Position numbers and translations under genes: made by a program
Shown: positions 59,230 through 64,000 of the stretch, in pieces
Numbering within the stretch: the stretch's first letter is position 1
How the letters are laid out: the number at the start of each line of letters is the position of its first letter
Assembly: GCA_050253415.1 (NCBI GenBank)
Contig: JBFWJC010000002.1
Location: 512,725-576,724 of the forward strand
From: Pedobacter sp.
GTDB lineage: Bacteria; Desulfobacterota; Desulfuromonadia; Desulfuromonadales; Syntrophotaleaceae
Length of the DNA: 64,000 nt
Direction: 5' to 3'
Notes under the pieces: model-generated
The model's database searches: none
The model's input: only the letters and a program-made list of their open reading frames with translations
What the model was told of the DNA's origin: nothing

Positions 59230-59703
59230 TTATTTCCTTTTATTCAACTTTCTTGTCTTGTAGCGTGCGATCGCCTCGCTCAGGCGACGTCTGTCCTCAT
59301 CCGTTTCGCTGGCCAGTGCTGGTACCTGGGTGGGACATCCGTCCGGGCTGAGTGCCACGAAAGTCAGGTAAGCCGACGCTGTATGCCGGATTTCGCCGGT
59401 CATGATATTTTCCGCTTCGACCCGGACGCCGACTTCCATGGAGGTATTGCCAACACGGTTGATGCTGGCTTTGAGAATGATCAGGTTGCCCACAAATACC
59501 GGGTGGTGAAAGTCGAGCCTGTCGATAGAGGCGGTGACGATATTACGGCGTGTGTGGCGCATGGCGACCACCCCGGCGGCATTGTCGATAAGTTTCATGA
59601 TGGCGCCACCATGGACATTGCCGGCTGGATTGGCATCGTCAGGCATGGCCACCTGGGCGAGTTCAACACGTGATTGCGAAACTTTTTTGGCCTGTTTGGG
59701 CAT
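59230..59703 (-). CDS. Hotdog-fold acyl-CoA thioesterase
   Basis: PDDANPAGNVHGG..D, VGNTSMEVGV. Confidence 0.93.
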   Translation of the reverse strand: MPKQAKKVSQSRVELAQVAMPDDANPAGNVHGGAIMKLIDNAAGVVAMRHTRRNIVTASIDRLDFHHPVFVGNLIILKASINRVGNTSMEVGVRVEAENIMTGEIRHTASAYLTFVALSPDGCPTQVPALASETDEDRRRLSEAIARYKTRKLNKRK

Positions 59704-59918
59704 GATCAACCTCCTGCATGTTTGATATATAGGCAGTATAGCGTAAACGCGTATGAACTTGGAGGATTAGATGCTGGTGGCGTATGGCTTGGATGGGAGC
59801 TGAAAATGCTTCTTCAGTGTAGTTTGCAACGGGATTCGATTAAGCAGGGAAAATGTGTCGGGGGGGGGGCGATGGGTTTCGGGAGGCTCGGCCGCGTTTG
59901 GTTGACGATACCGATGGG

Positions 59919-61013
59919 TTAAAGGGACAAATAAGCATCATCCCTGGAGGCGTGACCGGATACCACTTTATTGCGGCCGGTTTTTTTTGCCTGGTAAAGG
60001 GCCTGGTCGGCCATCTCAATCAGTATATCCGCTTCCATATGCAGGTCGGGTATCACCGTGGCCACACCCAGGCTCAGGGTGACAATAGGTTTTACTGCGG
60101 ACCGGGAATGTTGCAGTGCTAATTGTTCGACGGTTCGGCGCACGTTTTCGGCAACCATAAGAGCCCCTTCCAGGGGAGTCTGTGGCAGCAGAAGCACAAA
60201 CTCTTCGCCACCGTAGCGCGCTACAAGGTCGGCTGTTCGTTGGGCGCAGCCTGCCAGGGCTTGTGCAACACGGCGAAGGCAATCGTCTCCAGCCTGATGT
60301 CCATACTGATCGTTGTATTGTTTAAAATAATCGATGTCGCACAGAATAAGTGTCAGAGGGCTATCTTCCCGGGCCAATCGTCCCCATTCTCGTGCCAGCG
60401 TTTCATCAAACGCACGGCGATTGGGGATTTGGGTCAGCCCATCCACCCTCGCCATGTGCGATAATGCCACGTTGGCTTGTGCCAGTGCGGCTTCAGCACG
60501 TTTACGCATGGTTATATCGCGAAATTGACCAACGATACCGGGCGAACCGTCAAGAGTTATCAGTGACGAGGTCGAAACCATGTAAAACTCGCAGTCCCCA
60601 TTGCCGGTTGGTCGTTCGATGTCCCATTCATGGAAGGATTGAGGCTGGTGAGCCGAGGCCAGTGGGCAGGATGTGCTGTGGCGGGTACAAAATTTGAGGA
60701 TCTCATGGCATGGGTGTCCCACCACTTCATCCTGGGAGCGGCCCAGAAAACGAAACATCGCACTATTGGCTCGTACGACGATGCCGTCATGGCGCACCAC
60801 CCAGATGGGGTCGGCGCAGGATGAGAATATCTGCTCCAGTTCCAGGCTTTGCATTTCCACGTTCAACTGTTTCTGGGTGGCTGAGGCGACGATTTCTTCG
60901 AGGGTGTTTTGGGTGGCGGCTAAGCGCTTGCAGTTCGCTGCCAAAGATGTGTTTTCCAGCTCAAGGGTCCGGATCCGCTCTTTAAGCATATTCAGTGTTG
61001 CAGGATCGGTCAC
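59919..61013 (-). CDS. Coiled-coil, PAS, GGDEF diguanylate cyclase
   Basis: DGLTQIPNRR, RTAD..RYGGEEF; GGAGG before GTG 61013. Confidence 0.92.
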   Translation of the reverse strand: MTDPATLNMLKERIRTLELENTSLAANCKRLAATQNTLEEIVASATQKQLNVEMQSLELEQIFSSCADPIWVVRHDGIVVRANSAMFRFLGRSQDEVVGHPCHEILKFCTRHSTSCPLASAHQPQSFHEWDIERPTGNGDCEFYMVSTSSLITLDGSPGIVGQFRDITMRKRAEAALAQANVALSHMARVDGLTQIPNRRAFDETLAREWGRLAREDSPLTLILCDIDYFKQYNDQYGHQAGDDCLRRVAQALAGCAQRTADLVARYGGEEFVLLLPQTPLEGALMVAENVRRTVEQLALQHSRSAVKPIVTLSLGVATVIPDLHMEADILIEMADQALYQAKKTGRNKVVSGHASRDDAYLSL

Positions 61014-61387
61014 GTGCGCCTCCACCTATGCGAAAGATCGTCCTCTGGAAAATTGGTCTTTTTTGAGCTGAAACATCATCGCTACCAATCTGTCTGTATA
61101 CGATCGACAGGTATTCTCTGATTTAAGCGCAGGCATGTCAATGCCAAAAGAGAAACATAAGAAATGGTCTGCCAGGATAATAACTATTGCCGGATTTTAC
61201 ACAAAGATAAAGGTGGGATGGATTGAGTTATTGGTAAAAGAGAAGAAATGGTCTGATGTATAAAATCAATCTGCTTTTGTATCTATGAGTTCAATAGAAA
61301 ATTGCCAACATACGAATCAAATTCGGTTACGAAGTATGTTGGCAATTAATTCCAGGCAAGGATGTATTCGTTGGAGAGTTGCGGGTT

Positions 61388-61723
61388 TTATCGATCAGTC
61401 TTATTGCGGCGGCGACCCCGTTGTTTTGCAGGAGCGGATTTTTCTTCCGGTGGGGCGCTTTGGGTGCCTGCAGGTTTTTGCGGTTTGGCGATAGTGACGG
61501 AGATCTGGCGGTTGATAATGCGCGCGTCGTCCAGGCACAATATGGCTTCTTTGGCTTCAGCCTCGCTGGACATCTTGACATAGGCATATTCGAGAAACTG
61601 GCCGGTTTTAGCGTCCGTTCCCATGTGGATGTAAGAAACCTTGCCGGCGACGGAAAAAAGCTTGCGTAACTCTTCCTCGGTGGTTTCGGGGGGGAGGTTT
61701 TTGACGTACAGGTCCTTGCTCAT
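61388..61723 (-). CDS. RRM RNA-binding protein
   Basis: RNP2 LYVKNL, RNP1-like YAYVKM; basic tail. Confidence 0.9.
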   Translation of the reverse strand: MSKDLYVKNLPPETTEEELRKLFSVAGKVSYIHMGTDAKTGQFLEYAYVKMSSEAEAKEAILCLDDARIINRQISVTIAKPQKPAGTQSAPPEEKSAPAKQRGRRRNKTDR

Positions 61724-61808
61724 GGGGTGCCTTCTGTTTTTGGATAAATGTTGTTAGCGCAGTTTTTTATCTGCCGGCTTTAAACGGCTTATGGCAGAAG
61801 GTCATGCG

Positions 61809-62012
61809 TCAGCCATCCTGTGGTTCAATGGCATGCACCCGTCCTACCTGACCGTCGACAAGCCGCACTTTGATGCCCCTGGAATGATACGGGGCTTTGG
61901 TCAGCAGCGAATCGACCATTCCGCGCGTCAGTTTGCCTGTGCGCTGGTCTTTTTTCAGTACGATAGCCACATGCAGTCCGGGATGGATATCTTTGCGGTA
62001 TTCTCCTGCCAT
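61809..62012 (-). CDS. YwbE family protein (DUF2196)
   Basis: IVLKKDQRTGKLTRG..LLT..HSRGIKVRL.DGQVGRV. Confidence 0.92.
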   Translation of the reverse strand: MAGEYRKDIHPGLHVAIVLKKDQRTGKLTRGMVDSLLTKAPYHSRGIKVRLVDGQVGRVHAIEPQDG

Positions 62013-62105
62013 GGTCCTGGGTATTTCCTTTGCCTGCGTATGTTTGCGGTTCCGCTATACTTTACCACCTGTGGCGTTAAAGCTCAAAGTCGACTTTTTG
62101 CGAAA

Positions 62106-62456
62106 TTAATTCTCGACGGTAGTATTCGTTGCGGCTCTGCAGGCATGGCAGCGGAAAATATTGTTCTGGTAACATTTTCTCAGCAGGTCTTTTTCAATCT
62201 CACCGTTGCCCATGCAGGTTTCCGGTCCTGCCAGGCCCTGGCATGTGACATGAAACAGCAGCGGCTGGAGAAATTTTTCAAAGGTGACTTGTTGTTTGGC
62301 TGTAAGCAGATTGACGTCACCATCGTGGTCAAGCAGAAAAGTCCCGACTCCCAACACCGTGCGGGGCAGGTATTGTGTCCCGGAGACGGCCTGTTTAATG
62401 TAGTCGGTATCGGTGTTAACCAGAAAGTCGAGAAGGTCCAGGTCTATTTCTTCCAT
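62106..62456 (-). CDS. Hypothetical Cys-rich protein
   Basis: GGAG RBS; 116 aa; five Cys including CHAC. Confidence 0.7.
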   Translation of the reverse strand: MEEIDLDLLDFLVNTDTDYIKQAVSGTQYLPRTVLGVGTFLLDHDGDVNLLTAKQQVTFEKFLQPLLFHVTCQGLAGPETCMGNGEIEKDLLRKCYQNNIFRCHACRAATNTTVEN

Positions 62457-62615
62457 CGTTGTTCTCCAGAAAAGCGTTATCGGTGTGCGGTTTGGGCTAT
62501 TTGCATGGCGTTCGGCCGCATCATGGGGGTAATCGATGCGGAATGCCAGTCTTTTTTTATGACGGCCCGCTGAAACAGCCGTCCGGCAGGCGGTCGTTTC
62601 GCCCTTTGTCAGCAA

Positions 62616-63653
62616 TCACCCTTTGTTCGGTGGTTTGCCAGCAATGCGGATTTCCCAACTGCCGGGTCCGTCCTGCTTGATTTCCACCGCGACATCAAGG
62701 AACGCTTTGATCACCTCGATATTGGTGATGAAGTGTCGGGTTGGTCTCAGTGTGCGAAACGATCCGCCACCGGACAGAGCCATGGGCAGTAAAAGCTGGT
62801 CGGCCAGATAGGTACCGACCGGGACGCCGGCTGCCAGGTACTCCTGAGCGTGTTCGCAGGCCTGTCGGGCCACTTGCTCGGCGGACACCTTGCGTTCTCC
62901 GAAGCCGGTAAAAATTTCGGTTATATACTCGCTGGTGATTTCGATGGACAGGACGTTTCCCGGACTCCGGGTGTCGGTAATTTCCTCGATAAACAGATGT
63001 CCTTCTTCCCAGCCCAGCATATCCCCAACCGTCCGAATTTCCCGCTCCGCGATGTGGCGTGGCAACCTTGCTACCGTAGCGCATGCGCGATAGGCACGAA
63101 TGTCGCCCCGGCGGGGTATGTGGATCGGGTTAAACCAGGGTGCGGGCTCGATATGCACTGCAATTTGCCCGCCTCCGGCCGGGTAGAACCCATGTTTTTT
63201 CAGCACAGCGGTCACCCTTGGCCCCATGCGCCTTATCAGCGGGAGAAAGGTCCGGGCCATAAACTCGAAGGGTGGTGCGAAGGGATTGTGGGTGCCGCCT
63301 TCCAGTAAGAGCTCGGAAGAGCCGGATGCCAGGCAAAGGGCAGGTAAAACGGTTTGCAGCACCAGGGTGCAACTGCCGGCTGTGCCTACGCTGAAGAGGT
63401 AGCGGCCTGCCCGAATGGTTGCAGGGGAAAAAGTCAGTTGCTGGGAACCGAGATGGTCGCCTTCGATTTTAGCAGACCCAACCTTGGCTGCGGCCTGTAC
63501 CGCGGTAAGGTGTTGTCTCATGAGGCCCGGTTTGCTGCGTTGGTGTCGAATTCTATCTATCCGAAAGGGCTTGCCGGTGACCAGCGAGAGAGCCAGGGAC
63601 GTTCGCAGAACCTGGCCGCCCCCTTCGCCTTGGGAACCATCGATAGTAAGCAT
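62616..63653 (-). CDS. rtcA: RNA 3'-terminal phosphate cyclase
   Basis: DGSQGEGGGQVLR, PGLMRQH, GFYPAGGG, YLADQ, RHFITN. Confidence 0.96.
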   Translation of the reverse strand: MLTIDGSQGEGGGQVLRTSLALSLVTGKPFRIDRIRHQRSKPGLMRQHLTAVQAAAKVGSAKIEGDHLGSQQLTFSPATIRAGRYLFSVGTAGSCTLVLQTVLPALCLASGSSELLLEGGTHNPFAPPFEFMARTFLPLIRRMGPRVTAVLKKHGFYPAGGGQIAVHIEPAPWFNPIHIPRRGDIRAYRACATVARLPRHIAEREIRTVGDMLGWEEGHLFIEEITDTRSPGNVLSIEITSEYITEIFTGFGERKVSAEQVARQACEHAQEYLAAGVPVGTYLADQLLLPMALSGGGSFRTLRPTRHFITNIEVIKAFLDVAVEIKQDGPGSWEIRIAGKPPNKG

Positions 63654-63833
63654 GCTCAACTCCCGGATGCCTGGCGGCCTTGGTAAGGCAGTCGGTACGC
63701 TGCAAAACTGACGGACATTTTCACAGCATACCGCCATTCTGGAGGGTTGACCATTCTGTTGAGGAGTTTTTCCCCTTTGCCGGATAAGGGGCCTGTGGAC
63801 TTTGCATACGCGGGAGGGACGTCGGCAGGAGGG

Positions 63834-64000
63834 CTACAGTAACTCCGGAGTAAAGGCCACGGCCTCGTCGATGGTAACCGCATCGGTCAGAAGCATCACC
63901 AGCCGGTCGAGTCCCAGGGCGATACCGGCAGCTTCGGGCATGGCGCCCAATTCCTGTAGAAACTTTTCCGGTGATGGGTAGGCTGGTTTGCCGGCACGTT
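63834..64000 (-). CDS. epmA: EF-P beta-lysylation protein EpmA, C-terminal part
   Basis: Manual translation ..FLQELGAMPEAAGIALGLDRLVMLLTDAVTIDEAVAF.. (class II aaRS motif 3); runs off the window. Confidence 0.85.
   Translation of the reverse strand, partial: RAGKPAYPSPEKFLQELGAMPEAAGIALGLDRLVMLLTDAVTIDEAVAFTPELL

Overview
A gene-dense, core-like chromosomal window. Gene content and the heptamer/nonamer intergenic repeats suggest a Desulfuromonadales deltaproteobacterium (Pelobacter/Syntrophotalea-like); this is an inference, not a database result. In order it holds: a Crp/Fnr regulator, a MarR-TolC-EmrA-EmrB efflux operon interrupted by a small HTH-like gene, a GreA-like factor, a signalling/phosphate block (PhoR-like-sensor diguanylate cyclase, exported PTP-like phosphatase, small Zn-ribbon protein, orphan histidine kinase, Na/Pi-PhoU transporter, GGDEF-EAL protein), mrcB plus a TPR lipoprotein, ferritin, tRNA-Arg(CCG), an alternative complex III (Act) operon, hpt, DUF3426, tatA, a 2[4Fe-4S] ferredoxin, convergent ackA/pta, a GcvH-like protein lacking its lipoyl lysine, udp/cdd, def, a short GGQ rescue factor, an A2-type caa3-like oxidase operon, a slyX-rhodanese-MauE-radical SAM-KamA cluster, ilvY/ilvC with an E. 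coli-like O1/O2 operator pair, and epmA(partial)-rtcA-hypothetical-ywbE-RRM. I saw no integrase, transposase, prophage or CRISPR array, and I cannot claim a proven novel system. The best candidates are the phosphate/c-di-GMP block, the lysine-less GcvH, the non-canonical ACIII, the rtcA cluster without rtcB, and the 7-/9-mer repeat elements. Family calls come from recognised motifs, not from database searches.
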